Under the pieces are notes generated by a model. It was not told the origin of the DNA, made no database searches, and saw only the letters and a program-made list of their open reading frames with translations. The position numbers were made by a program, and so were the translations under genes. From Opitutales bacterium (GTDB lineage Bacteria > Verrucomicrobiota > Verrucomicrobiia > Opitutales > Coraliomargaritaceae), in contig JBMYVL010000003.1 in the NCBI GenBank assembly GCA_049606355.1, positions 120,001 through 152,000 on the forward strand: a stretch of DNA of 32,000 nt, read 5' to 3'. Below, piece after piece: positions 1-9,519 of this stretch. Positions within the stretch are counted from its first letter, which is position 1; each line of letters begins with the position of its first letter.

Positions 1-816
1 CGTTTCGTCCCGATCCGCCGCCTGATAAAACGCCCGACCATGTTTGATCTTAATCTCTTCTGCGCTTTTCCGGCCAGTGCGTAGGCCAATACTCAAATCG
101 TTGCTAATATGATCACCACCGACCGGCACCACACCGGTGCGAACAATATACCCCTTTCGATAAAGCACCCAATCCGTAGTGCCGCCACCGATATCGATAA
201 CCAGCGCACCCGCTTCTTTTTCGGCATCTTCCAAAAGCACCGCACTGGACGCGATGCTGGAAATAATCATATCTTCGACCTTGAAATCGAGTCCGTTAAT
301 CACCCGCAAGCAGTCGCTCACTACGGCCTTATCGCCATGTACACACCAATACCAGACTTGCACTTGTTGGCCCTCACGCGCGAGTGGATTCTCCACCAGC
401 TGCCCATCCAAATTAAACGGATTTTGTATATGGTGAATATAGGTGCGGTCATCCGGCAGTAATTTTCGCTTCGCATCTTCTTTCGCTTGCTCGATATCAC
501 TCGCTCGCACTTGGCGATCTGACGCACTGACACTGGCAGTACCTAAATTAAAATTACCAGCTAAATGAGCTCCTGTCTGTGCTAGGTATACCGCATCCAC
601 GCGACGCTGAGAATTGCGCTCCGCATTAATGATTGCCGTGTGTACACAGTCACTGGCTTTTCCCAAATCGACAATCACGCCTTTTTTAACGCCCATTGAA
701 GAGCCTACGCTATGACCAATGATTTTTAATTCAGAGTCGTCGATAATTTCACCGATTAAAACCGCCACTTTCGTGGTTCCCATTTCAACGGCGGCAACGA
801 CTCTGGAATGACTCAT
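1..816 (-). CDS. ftsA: Cell division protein FtsA (actin-like ATPase), N-terminal 272 codons; the 3' end lies beyond the window start
   Basis: Absent from the ORF track because no stop codon is in the window. Manual reverse translation from the ATG (cat at 814-816) gives [24 protein letters not shown]...[39 protein letters not shown]. This carries the actin-fold phosphate motifs ([14 protein letters not shown]). The frame stays open to nt 1. The gene follows ftsQ in canonical dcw order. Confidence 0.9.
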   Translation of the reverse strand, partial: MSHSRVVAAVEMGTTKVAVLIGEIIDDSELKIIGHSVGSSMGVKKGVIVDLGKASDCVHTAIINAERNSQRRVDAVYLAQTGAHLAGNFNLGTASVSASDRQVRASDIEQAKEDAKRKLLPDDRTYIHHIQNPFNLDGQLVENPLAREGQQVQVWYWCVHGDKAVVSDCLRVINGLDFKVEDMIISSIASSAVLLEDAEKEAGALVIDIGGGTTDWVLYRKGYIVRTGVVPVGGDHISNDLSIGLRTGRKSAEEIKIKHGRAFYQAADRDET

Positions 817-835
817 GTTAGACCTAGACAAAAAA

Positions 836-1795
836 TTAGTACAAACTCGTACGACCGCTCTGAAATTGCACAGCCGCAGCATCCCGTAAAGAAAGATCAG
901 CACTCATAAGGTGATCTTTCAGGCTCGCGCCTACCTCACGAATGTGACGCAGGCGATCGAGCTGCGTCTTAAAATCAGTCGTCGCAGAAAATACCAAACG
1001 CGTTTTAAGAGGGGCCGCATTCTCAGCCAGGCGCTGCGCTGCACGAACCTCGATACGCTCACCAGGCAGATCGAGGTTTCCGGTATAATCTTCGAGTGAA
1101 ATCACTTGCCACTGGCGATATTCCTCGGGGTACTCCCGCTGGCAGCTTTCGAGTAACTGCGCCACATGCTCAATGCCCCGTAATGGTTTGTACTGACCCT
1201 GAGAGTCAAAATAGGGACTTAGGAAGGGTAGCTTGAGTAACGCACTCTTCGTGTACCCCACGCCAGAATAGATCGTGCCGTTGCGGGAAACGATGCGTAA
1301 CTGCCGACGTTGATCCGGGCCCATGATTACCAGACGCATGATTGGATACTGTTCTTCAATTTCAATGCGCAACGCATCCGGGAAAACACGCTCAACCGTG
1401 GCAGCGTGTACCTGTTCAACCGCTTCGAGCTTCGTCTTAATCAAATGAATATCGGCCTCTGCGAGACGCGTGCCTCGCTTGAGCTGAACCATGGAACTCA
1501 GCCACTCATTCGGCAGGACACCATCAGTCGCGTAGAGAATGCGTTCAATCGGGCGTGACGGGGGTGCGATGCGACTCGCTTGCGACCGTGCAGCTGCTGA
1601 TCGGAGTGCAGCGAGGAGCACAGCGAAAAGAACCGCCACCACGAAAGTGATGGCGCAAATTTTCAACAACTTGCGCAGGCGCTTTTTTTTTGCTTCTGGA
1701 GTGAACGGCTTCGTCCGCGTTTTACTCCCAGTGAGACTATGCCAGCTTTGCTCGCCGCTGGCACTTGTCGCGCCTTTTTGCCGTCTGGGATCCAT
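836..1795 (-). CDS. ftsQ: Cell division protein FtsQ (bitopic, POTRA-type)
   Basis: The track ORF is 836..1798, but its first codon (1796-1798) is TTG. The next codon is ATG at 1795 and forms a TGATG overlap with the ddl stop. The protein has a basic N-terminus, one TM helix ([19 protein letters not shown]) and a periplasmic domain. It sits between ddl and ftsA. Confidence 0.8.
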   Translation of the reverse strand: MDPRRQKGATSASGEQSWHSLTGSKTRTKPFTPEAKKKRLRKLLKICAITFVVAVLFAVLLAALRSAAARSQASRIAPPSRPIERILYATDGVLPNEWLSSMVQLKRGTRLAEADIHLIKTKLEAVEQVHAATVERVFPDALRIEIEEQYPIMRLVIMGPDQRRQLRIVSRNGTIYSGVGYTKSALLKLPFLSPYFDSQGQYKPLRGIEHVAQLLESCQREYPEEYRQWQVISLEDYTGNLDLPGERIEVRAAQRLAENAAPLKTRLVFSATTDFKTQLDRLRHIREVGASLKDHLMSADLSLRDAAAVQFQSGRTSLY

Positions 1796-2730
1796 CAATC
1801 AACTACACTCTGTTTACGTTCCGAGAAACGCTGCATGGCCGCGCGTACGAGTTCTGCGGCTAAGCCCTCAAAATCATAGCCCACGCAGCTAGCGCTCTTA
1901 GGCAACAGACTGGTCGCAGTCAGACCAGGCAATGAATTGATCTCTAAAAAATAAGGGACTTCATCGGCGAGCAGGAAATCAATCCGCGCAAAATCACGAC
2001 AACCACAGGCGGAAAATAACTGTTCGGCTTGTGACTGAATCCGCGCCGTCAAGGCAGCGTCGAGCTTTGCCGGATACTGATAATCGGTAGTACCTGTAGT
2101 ATACTTTGCTGCAAAATCGTAAACTCCCGTGGGACTCACGACCTCAACAATTCCCATCGCTTTGCCATGTAGTATACCGACGGTTAACTCACGGCCACGG
2201 ATTCGCTCTTCAACGATCCAATTACCGCTGTGTATTTGAGAAAGCCGCACCCCCAGTTCAGATCGATGCTCCGTAAAGTACAATCCAACGCTACTGCCCA
2301 TATCATTTGGCTTCACGACAAGCGAGTAACCCAAGGCTTCGATCAATGTATCTGCTGGCGGCACTTGTGTACCCGAAAAACAAATACCTGCGGGCACTGC
2401 GATGCCCAGAGTACGGGCCACCGCCTTCGTTTGATCTTTTGCCATACACAACTGACTGGCTTCAGCATTGCTGCCACAATACTCAATCCCAACCGCGTCC
2501 ATCGCTTGCTGTAACCCGCCGTCTTCACCAAAAGTACCATGCAGCGCAGGAAAAACAACCACTGCATTCGGATCAATCGATGCAGGTAAGTCCGCGGTAT
2601 CCAAGCGGAGCGCTTCAACCTTGAATTGAGTGGCCAAAGCGTCACAGATCGCTGCACCACTTTGTAATGAGACCTCACGCTCCGCACCTACGCCGCCATA
2701 GAGGACGACAATCCGATCTGGGCTAGGCAT
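1795..2730 (-). CDS. ddl: D-alanine--D-alanine ligase
   Basis: The track frame is 1795..2961, but the first 77 residues overlap murB and look non-genic. The ATG at 2730 (cat 2728-2730) gives MPSPDRIVVLYGGVGAEREVSLQSG, a typical Ddl N-terminus. ATP-grasp features are present (SLVVKPNDMGSSVG, YFLEINSLPGLT). It overlaps the murC-murB stop by 8 nt. Confidence 0.9.
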   Translation of the reverse strand: MPSPDRIVVLYGGVGAEREVSLQSGAAICDALATQFKVEALRLDTADLPASIDPNAVVVFPALHGTFGEDGGLQQAMDAVGIEYCGSNAEASQLCMAKDQTKAVARTLGIAVPAGICFSGTQVPPADTLIEALGYSLVVKPNDMGSSVGLYFTEHRSELGVRLSQIHSGNWIVEERIRGRELTVGILHGKAMGIVEVVSPTGVYDFAAKYTTGTTDYQYPAKLDAALTARIQSQAEQLFSACGCRDFARIDFLLADEVPYFLEINSLPGLTATSLLPKSASCVGYDFEGLAAELVRAAMQRFSERKQSVVD

Positions 2731-4972
2731 GGTTAACTTCCTCCTCGATTGGCCCCAAGACAGCGTCCCAGTCTTGCCCAAGCAAGAGAACCTCAGGTTC
2801 CAACACATATCCGGATTGTTTAAAAACCGCGGTACGTACCTGACGCACCAGCTCAATGATATCCTTGGCCGTCGCTTCGCCTCGATTGACAATGAAATTG
2901 CCATGCACAGTCGACACTTCGGCATCACCGACGCGCATGCCTTTAATTCCGTGGCGATCAATTAATTGCCCGGCATAGTTACCATCAGGGTTCTTAAAGA
3001 TACAACCAGCACTTGGGTCGCGCGGTTGGCTCGCCTTGCGTGTGACTGAATAGGTATCCATTCGCTCACGAATCGTTGTTACCGCCGCGTCTTCCGGGCT
3101 TTTCAAGACCGCCCCCAAAGCAATCCCGCGACTGATTTCCTCCACTTTGCGATAGCCGAAGTGAAAGGCCTCCTTCGGCAAGTCCTGTAGGTTTCCTTCA
3201 CTATCAAGCAATTGCACACGTTCGACCACATCAAACATCCAACTGCCCATCGCGCCAGCATTCATACGCAGGGCGCCACCCACCGAACCGGGAATCCCTT
3301 CCAAAAATTCAAATCCGGAAAGCCCCGCCTTCGCGGCAAAGCCACAAATCTCCTTGAGGCGAACTCCAGCAGCAGCCCAAATTCTCCCCTCCCCCAAAGC
3401 ATGACTGCCCCGCCATATGCCTGAATTAAAACGTATCACCAAACCATCAAAACCCTCATCCGGAACAACGAGGTTGGAGCCACGACCCAGGCAAAAGGTC
3501 TTTATTCCAAATAGTTTCGCGCCACGAACCAACGCTTGCAAATCGCTCAGGTTACTTGGCTCAACATAATAGCGCGCGGCACCTCCCAACCGCAGGGTCG
3601 TCTTATTCGCCAATGGTTCATGCTCGCGCACTCGACAATCGACCGAGATACGCGCGTGGATAAATTGCAACCATGCCGTGGGCGCAGTGAATCCCGTACG
3701 AGTCATTTCAGTAAACGCAGCAGCCAATTGATCAATATCACCGGCCCCAACAAATGCCAAGGTCGTGGGCACTTCGTCCATACGATTGGCAAGCTGATAC
3801 ATGCCCGCCCTATCCATCGTCAAAACTTCGGGTGGTCGCGGCCCAAACGCCATGGATAGGTTGACCAGATCCCCACCCTCCATCGAGGGTTCATGCGCGG
3901 CGTAAACCGGCAACAAGAATACTTGATCAGCCGCTGCCAGCGAAGTTGCGAAGGCATCTTTAAACTGCTTGGTCCGAGAATAGCGGTGTGGCTGAAACAC
4001 CACCACTAACTTATGGTCCGGAGCCCGTTCTCGTAAACTCCGCAACAGGGCAGCAATTTCGGTGGGGTGATGCGCATAATCCTCAACTATACTGAGCTGC
4101 ACATCCTGATGCAGGAACTTTTGCCGACGAGCCATGCCACTGAATGTGGAGAGCACGCTTGGCGGCATGCGAACCGATGCTAATAAATCAACGACTGCTA
4201 AAGCAGCGGCCGCGTTAACTGCATTGAATCGCCCGACTGGTGGGGCTGCCACCCCATATGCGTCAACCGCTTGTAAGGTCGCTATTTCGGCACAAGCACT
4301 CCCCTCTAGGCGGCAACGCAACTCTGCCGGCACGAAGACGCGCCCGGTAGTGCGTGCTACGATGCCACGAAAAGCCGCCTCCAACTCTGCTTCCGATGCG
4401 TAATGATCGGCATGATCCCAGTCGATATTGAGCACCACCGTCACTTCAGGTGTAAAATGCTCAATCGTACCATCGCTCTCATCCACTTCCGCAATGAGCC
4501 ACTCACTTGCGGTATAACGACTGGGAGGTAATGTTGGATCATTACAATAGCCTCCCAGGATATAATTACTCTCGATGCCACACTCTCGCAGGGCATGGGC
4601 CACCATCCCTGCAGTGGTCGTCTTGCCGTGGCTGCCAACAATCGCGATTAGTTGCTTGTGTTGAGCAATCTCAGCCAACATCTCGCCACGACGCAATGTA
4701 CGTAAGCCCCTCTCGCGAGCTGCCTTTAAAATCGTGTGAGAAGGTGCAATTGCACTCGAATAGACCACTGTTTGAAAATGGTCCAACTGCCTCGGAAAGA
4801 TAAAATCACATAGTTCGACTCCGGATTCAACTAAGCTGCGACGGGTTTGCTCGCGTAGCTGATCATCATAGCCATGAATGGTATAACCTGCGTGCGCCAT
4901 CCAAGCCGCCAAAGGCGCCATACCCATACCACCGACGCCAACAAAAAGGTAGCTGCCGTCTAATTGAGTCAT
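2723..4972 (-). CDS. murC-murB: Fused UDP-N-acetylmuramate--L-alanine ligase (MurC, N-terminal ~430 aa) and UDP-N-acetylenolpyruvoylglucosamine reductase (MurB, C-terminal ~305 aa)
   Basis: A single uninterrupted frame. The N-terminal part has YLFVGVGGMGMAPLA, the Mur ligase P-loop IVGSHGKTTTAGM and DYAHHPTEI. The C-terminal part has the MurB FAD-binding start (PLANKTTLRLGGAARYYV, GRGSNLVV) and SAGCIFKNP. The track start at 5011 is TTG. The ATG at 4972 makes an ATGA overlap with the murG stop and is preferred. Confidence 0.9.
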   Translation of the reverse strand: MTQLDGSYLFVGVGGMGMAPLAAWMAHAGYTIHGYDDQLREQTRRSLVESGVELCDFIFPRQLDHFQTVVYSSAIAPSHTILKAARERGLRTLRRGEMLAEIAQHKQLIAIVGSHGKTTTAGMVAHALRECGIESNYILGGYCNDPTLPPSRYTASEWLIAEVDESDGTIEHFTPEVTVVLNIDWDHADHYASEAELEAAFRGIVARTTGRVFVPAELRCRLEGSACAEIATLQAVDAYGVAAPPVGRFNAVNAAAALAVVDLLASVRMPPSVLSTFSGMARRQKFLHQDVQLSIVEDYAHHPTEIAALLRSLRERAPDHKLVVVFQPHRYSRTKQFKDAFATSLAAADQVFLLPVYAAHEPSMEGGDLVNLSMAFGPRPPEVLTMDRAGMYQLANRMDEVPTTLAFVGAGDIDQLAAAFTEMTRTGFTAPTAWLQFIHARISVDCRVREHEPLANKTTLRLGGAARYYVEPSNLSDLQALVRGAKLFGIKTFCLGRGSNLVVPDEGFDGLVIRFNSGIWRGSHALGEGRIWAAAGVRLKEICGFAAKAGLSGFEFLEGIPGSVGGALRMNAGAMGSWMFDVVERVQLLDSEGNLQDLPKEAFHFGYRKVEEISRGIALGAVLKSPEDAAVTTIRERMDTYSVTRKASQPRDPSAGCIFKNPDGNYAGQLIDRHGIKGMRVGDAEVSTVHGNFIVNRGEATAKDIIELVRQVRTAVFKQSGYVLEPEVLLLGQDWDAVLGPIEEEVNHA

Positions 4973-6087
4973 GCGTGAACTGCCTCCGCTCTTTGCAATG
5001 AACGATGGCAAAGCACCTCAATGTCAGCGGCGATTCGTTCACTCGATTTAAAGCGATCCAAGCGCTCTAGGTTCGATTTAAAGTTATTCAACAACCAATC
5101 ATTAAACATCAATTGTTCGACTTCATCTGTCAGTCGTCCAATTTGATCCTGAGCGAGTACGATTCCAGCCCCATGTTGCTCATGAATCAACGCATTGGCT
5201 TGTTGGTGGTTGTCAGCGGCATACGGATACGGGATCAAGATCGAAGGCGCGCGGCAGCAAATTAGCTCCGCTATAGTGCCCGCACCCGCCCTCGACACGA
5301 CGAGGTCTGCCGCCGAAATGACATCTCCCATGCGATCTGAAAAGGGCACCATCGTCGCAGTGATCTGATCGCCATTCCTATTTTCGCAAGCGATTGTGCC
5401 AGCGGTTACTTTACCCAAACCCGTGACACAGTAGACGGTAATGCCAGCCTTGGCGAGACGCTCAAAATTACTCATCACCCACTCATTCAGCGCTTCCGCT
5501 CCCTGACTGCCACCAATCACAACGAGTAACTTGTTCGGCACCTTAATCCCGAGTCGATGCCACGCATCAGCCTTCAGTATATGCTTCACTTCTTTGCGCA
5601 CCGGATAACCAAAATAACGAACGCTTTCAGTCGAGACGCCCGTAAGTTTTAAGCCATCGGGCAAATAAATGCGTGACGCCACATACTTGAGCATACGGAC
5701 CGCCTTCCCGGGCTTGCAGTTCGCCTCGTGTAAGGCGACAGGTACCCCCGCTAAGCGTGCTGCCAAGCCAAGGCCAGCCGAAAGGAAGCCACCAAAAAGC
5801 AGGACTGCATCCGGCGAATGTTCCTGCAACAACTTCCGAGCAGTCATAAAGCCTGACAGCAGGCTTATGAATGATGTGAAGATCGCGCGGAAGCCGCCGC
5901 TGAAGGCTCTTCCCGGCGTGCGATGGAAGCGGAGATGACTGTATTTCTGAATTAGCGCCGAATCGACATCTTTGTGGCTGATCAACAAGAGACACTTGTG
6001 CCCGCGTTCCTGCAAGGTTTCGGCGATCGCGATACCGGGCGCTAGGTGACCTCCGGTCCCTCCGCAAGCGATCATAATCTGACTCAT
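4969..6087 (-). CDS. murG: Lipid II synthase MurG (UDP-GlcNAc:undecaprenyl-PP-MurNAc-pentapeptide GlcNAc transferase)
   Basis: MSQIMIACGGTGGHLAPGIAIAETL contains the GGTGGH G-loop, and GGSQGA is also present. There are ATGA overlaps at both ends (6084-6087 with ftsW, 4969-4972 with murC-murB). Confidence 0.92.
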   Translation of the reverse strand: MSQIMIACGGTGGHLAPGIAIAETLQERGHKCLLLISHKDVDSALIQKYSHLRFHRTPGRAFSGGFRAIFTSFISLLSGFMTARKLLQEHSPDAVLLFGGFLSAGLGLAARLAGVPVALHEANCKPGKAVRMLKYVASRIYLPDGLKLTGVSTESVRYFGYPVRKEVKHILKADAWHRLGIKVPNKLLVVIGGSQGAEALNEWVMSNFERLAKAGITVYCVTGLGKVTAGTIACENRNGDQITATMVPFSDRMGDVISAADLVVSRAGAGTIAELICCRAPSILIPYPYAADNHQQANALIHEQHGAGIVLAQDQIGRLTDEVEQLMFNDWLLNNFKSNLERLDRFKSSERIAADIEVLCHRSLQRAEAVHA

Positions 6088-7226
6088 CGGTTGAGCTGCC
6101 TCGCCAGCGTAGGCATCCGCCAGTTGCGAAAGCCGTTAAGTATAATTCCTGTTAAGGTAAACATGAACACTAGGTTGGAGCCACCGTATGAAATGAAGGG
6201 CAATGACATCCCTTTGGTCGGCAAACAGCCGGTGACAACGCCGATGTTGATTAACGCCTGTAGCGTGATGAAGAGCAAGGCACCTACGATCAAAAGATAT
6301 TGGTACAAATCCGGCGCACGCTTAAGCTGCATCACGCCCACAAAAAACAGCGTCATAAAAAGAATAACAACACCCGCAGTGAAAACAAAGCCCAGCTCTT
6401 CGCCGACGATTGCAAAGATAAAATCGGTGTGCGCCTCTGGCAAAAAAGACATCTGCTGGCGTCCCGCACCAAGCCCGACACCATCAAAACCTCCAGCAAC
6501 AAAGGCGAGAATCCCCTGCCACAACTGGTAGGAACTATCCCCACGATTGCCTTCAACATCGAGAAAAGATGTAATGCGCTGCAAGCGTACCGGATCATTG
6601 TAAACCGCCACCGCAAAAAGACAGAGTGCCCCAATCGCCGAGGGCACCAAGAAGCGCAGGCGGACACCCGCAAGGAACAACAACGTACCTCCTACTGCGC
6701 CACAAAGGAAGGCAGTCCCAAAATCAGGCTCAATAATAATGAGGCCACAAATCACCGCCAAAATTCCGCAGGGGGCAAGGAAACCGCGCACAAATTCATC
6801 GATTTGACGCCGATTCGTGGCCATGTAGTGGGCCAGCGCAAAAAGTAAACCGAGCTTACCTATTTCGGACACCTGCAAGCGCATCGGGCCGAAATCAATC
6901 CACCGTTGTGCCCCGTTCACAGTCACACCGATCCCGGGGATAAGCACAGCCACTAACAGCAACACCGAGCCACCTGCTAAAAGATAGGCATAGGGACGTA
7001 AGGCATCCAAATTAATCATCATGGCAAGCCCTCCGGCAAGGGTCGCAATTACCAGCCACACCAATTGCTTACGCAAGAGCACCGTCGGATCGTCATGCAT
7101 CGCCTGCGAGGCGCTGAATAAAATCACCAGGCCGAGGAAGGTGAGGCAAATAACGATCAGACTCAAAAAGACCCCAGCAGGCGGGAGCCGCCACAACGAA
7201 TTACGCGAGGCAGTGCGAACGCTCAT
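6084..7226 (-). CDS. ftsW: SEDS-family peptidoglycan polymerase FtsW
   Basis: A 380-aa polytopic membrane ORF with a SEDS-type C-terminal motif (LPTKGMSLPFISYGGSN). ATG at 7224-7226. Its dcw position is immediately upstream of murG. Confidence 0.88.
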   Translation of the reverse strand: MSVRTASRNSLWRLPPAGVFLSLIVICLTFLGLVILFSASQAMHDDPTVLLRKQLVWLVIATLAGGLAMMINLDALRPYAYLLAGGSVLLLVAVLIPGIGVTVNGAQRWIDFGPMRLQVSEIGKLGLLFALAHYMATNRRQIDEFVRGFLAPCGILAVICGLIIIEPDFGTAFLCGAVGGTLLFLAGVRLRFLVPSAIGALCLFAVAVYNDPVRLQRITSFLDVEGNRGDSSYQLWQGILAFVAGGFDGVGLGAGRQQMSFLPEAHTDFIFAIVGEELGFVFTAGVVILFMTLFFVGVMQLKRAPDLYQYLLIVGALLFITLQALINIGVVTGCLPTKGMSLPFISYGGSNLVFMFTLTGIILNGFRNWRMPTLARQLNR

Positions 7227-7262
7227 GCGGGGAGTGCTGGCTGATTAACTCGCTGCGTCGAA

Positions 7263-8201
7263 TCACTCGGCGGCCGCATTGACCACTGGAATCTTTTCAG
7301 CGCTTTCAAAAAGCGCTTCCGCATCCATCGCAACGGGTGGTTCTTCGACAACCGCTTCCGTCGCGACCACATTCATCTCAACCGAGGGTTCAACCACGAC
7401 TGGGGCGGGCGCACTCGGTGCAGGAGGTGCTGCAGGCGCCGGGGCAGGAGCGACCGGTGGTTCACTGACCGCCGCTGCGGGCTCTGTGACTCCGGCAGGT
7501 GCAGCAGCTGCCTCGCCTGAAACAGGAATAATCAGTGTCTCGTTTAAGCGAATCAGGTCGGAGGTTTTACCATTCGCGGCCTTAATTGCACCAACAGTGG
7601 TATCAAATTTGTTGGCAATCCGCGTTAAGGTATCGCCAGCACTCACCTTATAGGTGGTTGTGGCTGCATAGGCAGCCGGTTGATAAGGGGCCGCGACCTC
7701 TGTTTGAATAACTGCAGTGCTACCTTCAACGGGAAGCTTAATTTCCTGACCAATCTTTAAGACTGATTTTTCATTCAGCCCATTGGCAGCATAAATATCG
7801 TTCAGTGCGACTCCCTTGCGGCGTGAAATCGCCCACAAACTATCGCCCTTTTGCACGGTGTAAGTCTCATAGGAGGGGCCTGCGATATCCACAGTGGGTG
7901 TCGGGTCCATCTCGCCTGCAAGTGCATTGAACGCCTCCACCGGGCGAGTCGGCTCCTGTCGAGTCGTTTGCTCCACACCACCCTCGCCAAGACCTGCATT
8001 GAAAGCGGCATCCAGAGCGCCCTCTTGCGGCACAGGAATTAAGTCATCCACGCTCGCAGGCGCCGCAGTTCCTAGGGTTGCCTGCTGTTGATAACTCTGT
8101 GTGGGTGGCTGTCGTGTACTGCAGCCTGGTTGAACGATAAGAACTGCGATAACGCCAAGGTGAAGTGAGAGAACAAGGCCGAATACTTTAGAAACTTTCA
8201 T
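7263..8201 (-). CDS. Secreted or lipoprotein-like protein with two LysM domains and a Pro/Ala-rich, acidic C-terminus
   Basis: The track start at 8252 is GTG. The internal ATG at 8201 gives a signal peptide, MKVSKVFGLVLSLHLGVIAVLIVQPGCS. There are two LysM repeats (YTVQKGDSLWAISRRKGVALNDIYAANGL...IKLP and YKVSAGDTLTRIANKFDTTVGAIKAANG...LIIP). A PAPAPAAPPAPSAPAP tract follows. Confidence 0.75.
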   Translation of the reverse strand: MKVSKVFGLVLSLHLGVIAVLIVQPGCSTRQPPTQSYQQQATLGTAAPASVDDLIPVPQEGALDAAFNAGLGEGGVEQTTRQEPTRPVEAFNALAGEMDPTPTVDIAGPSYETYTVQKGDSLWAISRRKGVALNDIYAANGLNEKSVLKIGQEIKLPVEGSTAVIQTEVAAPYQPAAYAATTTYKVSAGDTLTRIANKFDTTVGAIKAANGKTSDLIRLNETLIIPVSGEAAAAPAGVTEPAAAVSEPPVAPAPAPAAPPAPSAPAPVVVEPSVEMNVVATEAVVEEPPVAMDAEALFESAEKIPVVNAAAE

Positions 8202-8235
8202 GATAATTTTAACTACAATGGACTGTAAGGCTAAG

Positions 8236-9516
8236 TTAGTTGGGCGTAGCACTGTTCTTCAAACTTAAAACGGTCGAAATAAACGATTCTCCGCGCTGTG
8301 CGTAGGATTTAAATTGATCCAAACTGGCAAATCCAGGGCTGAGCAGTACCGTAGCAGGCGCCGCACGCAGCGCTGCTTCCGTCGCCGCCTTCACGGCATC
8401 GGCAAAATGGTAATGTACCTCCAGTCGCGGGTGGACTCCACTGAGTGCACGCTCTAGTTGTGTCGCGACCTCTCCATAAGCAAATAGTGCCTCTACCTTA
8501 GCCGCTGCCGCCAATGCAAACGCATCTAAATCCCCGCCCTTCGTGGCACCCCCAGCGATCCAATAAATCGGACCGGAAACAGCATCCAGTGCGGCCAGCG
8601 CTGCGCTGAAATTTGTAGCTTTTGAATCATCCCAAAAACTCACGCCCCGCCATTCAAACACTTGCGATAAACGATGCGGCGCGAGCGTAAATTGATTGGC
8701 AGCTGCCAAGAGCGCCTCTGCCGGTAGACCTAAATGTGCCCACAACTCGGCCACGAGACGAAAGTTATCCACTTGCGGGTAGTGCGCGAACGGTGACTGC
8801 ATCGATAGCGCCGATTCCTGTAGTGTATCACAAACCGCATCAAAACGCTGAATATTTGCATCCCATGCTTTGACCGTATCCCCGAGGACCGCATAACCGC
8901 CCGATTGAAGGCAATGGAGTAAATTTGACTTGGCTTTAAAGTAAGCCTCCATGCTTGGATAGCGGTCTAGGTGATCTTCCGCGAAGTTAGTCCAAATGAG
9001 CCCCTCTAGCTCAATCCCCAAAGGCAGCTCTGCCTGAAAGGAGCTGATTTCACACACCGCCCAAACATTATCATCGAGGCCATGCTGCAACCACAACTCA
9101 CTGAGTGGCTCACCAATATTACCGGCAGTCACCGCTTTTTGCCCCAGCGCCTCAAGTGCGCATTTGAGTAGAGTCGTTACCGTGGTTTTACCATTTGTAC
9201 CGGTCACCCCCAGCACCTTACCGCGCCACAACCACATCGCGAAACCCAACTCACCAAAGCACAAGCGATCGGACTCTTTCGCCAGCTGTAACCAAGGATG
9301 ATCCGCGGAGAAACCGGGGCTAAAAATAAATATATCATACTTTTGCACATCAGCGGCGCCAAACTCAGTTGCATGGCCCTGACCCGCCTCATCATAGATT
9401 TGATAATTCATGCCGACCGAAGCACAAAGCTGTGCAGCCGCACGCCCACTTTTTCCAGCACCGAAGATAGCGACCCGACGGGAAGCTGGATGATACAGTG
9501 GTAAATCTGGAGTCAC
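8236..9516 (-). CDS. murD: UDP-N-acetylmuramoylalanine--D-glutamate ligase
   Basis: N-terminal Rossmann motif VAIFGAGKSGRAAA and P-loop GVTGTNGKTTVTTL. The start codon at 9514-9516 is GTG, with no in-frame ATG before the GxGxxG motif. It begins 3 nt after the mraY stop. Confidence 0.88.
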   Translation of the reverse strand: MTPDLPLYHPASRRVAIFGAGKSGRAAAQLCASVGMNYQIYDEAGQGHATEFGAADVQKYDIFIFSPGFSADHPWLQLAKESDRLCFGELGFAMWLWRGKVLGVTGTNGKTTVTTLLKCALEALGQKAVTAGNIGEPLSELWLQHGLDDNVWAVCEISSFQAELPLGIELEGLIWTNFAEDHLDRYPSMEAYFKAKSNLLHCLQSGGYAVLGDTVKAWDANIQRFDAVCDTLQESALSMQSPFAHYPQVDNFRLVAELWAHLGLPAEALLAAANQFTLAPHRLSQVFEWRGVSFWDDSKATNFSAALAALDAVSGPIYWIAGGATKGGDLDAFALAAAAKVEALFAYGEVATQLERALSGVHPRLEVHYHFADAVKAATEAALRAAPATVLLSPGFASLDQFKSYAQRGESFISTVLSLKNSATPN

Positions 9517-9519
9517 CGT

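Noticed and set aside
109-533. Track ORFs 109..462(+), 179..436(+) and 321..533(-) at the window start
   Set aside because: All lie inside, and mostly antisense to, the clearly FtsA-encoding minus-strand frame 1..816. None has a recognisable motif. They appear to be shadow ORFs.
2731-2961. N-terminal extension of the ddl track ORF, and similar TTG/GTG-initiated extensions at 1798, 5011, 8252, 11997, 16081, 20986 and 29081
   Set aside because: The track translates non-ATG codons as M. In each case an in-frame ATG gives a canonical N-terminus and an ATGA/TGATG or short-gap junction with the upstream gene. The extension would overlap the neighbouring gene.
5627-6848. ORFs 5627..6067(-), 5669..5938(+), 6046..6531(+), 6300..6848(+) and 6353..6673(-)
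   Set aside because: These are alternative-frame or antisense ORFs inside murG and ftsW. Their products are Arg/Pro/Ser-rich and low-complexity, typical of out-of-frame reading of real genes.
7279-7653. 124-aa Gly/Ala-rich plus-strand ORF
   Set aside because: It is the antisense mirror of the Pro/Ala-rich tail of the LysM protein. Its composition is a complement artefact.
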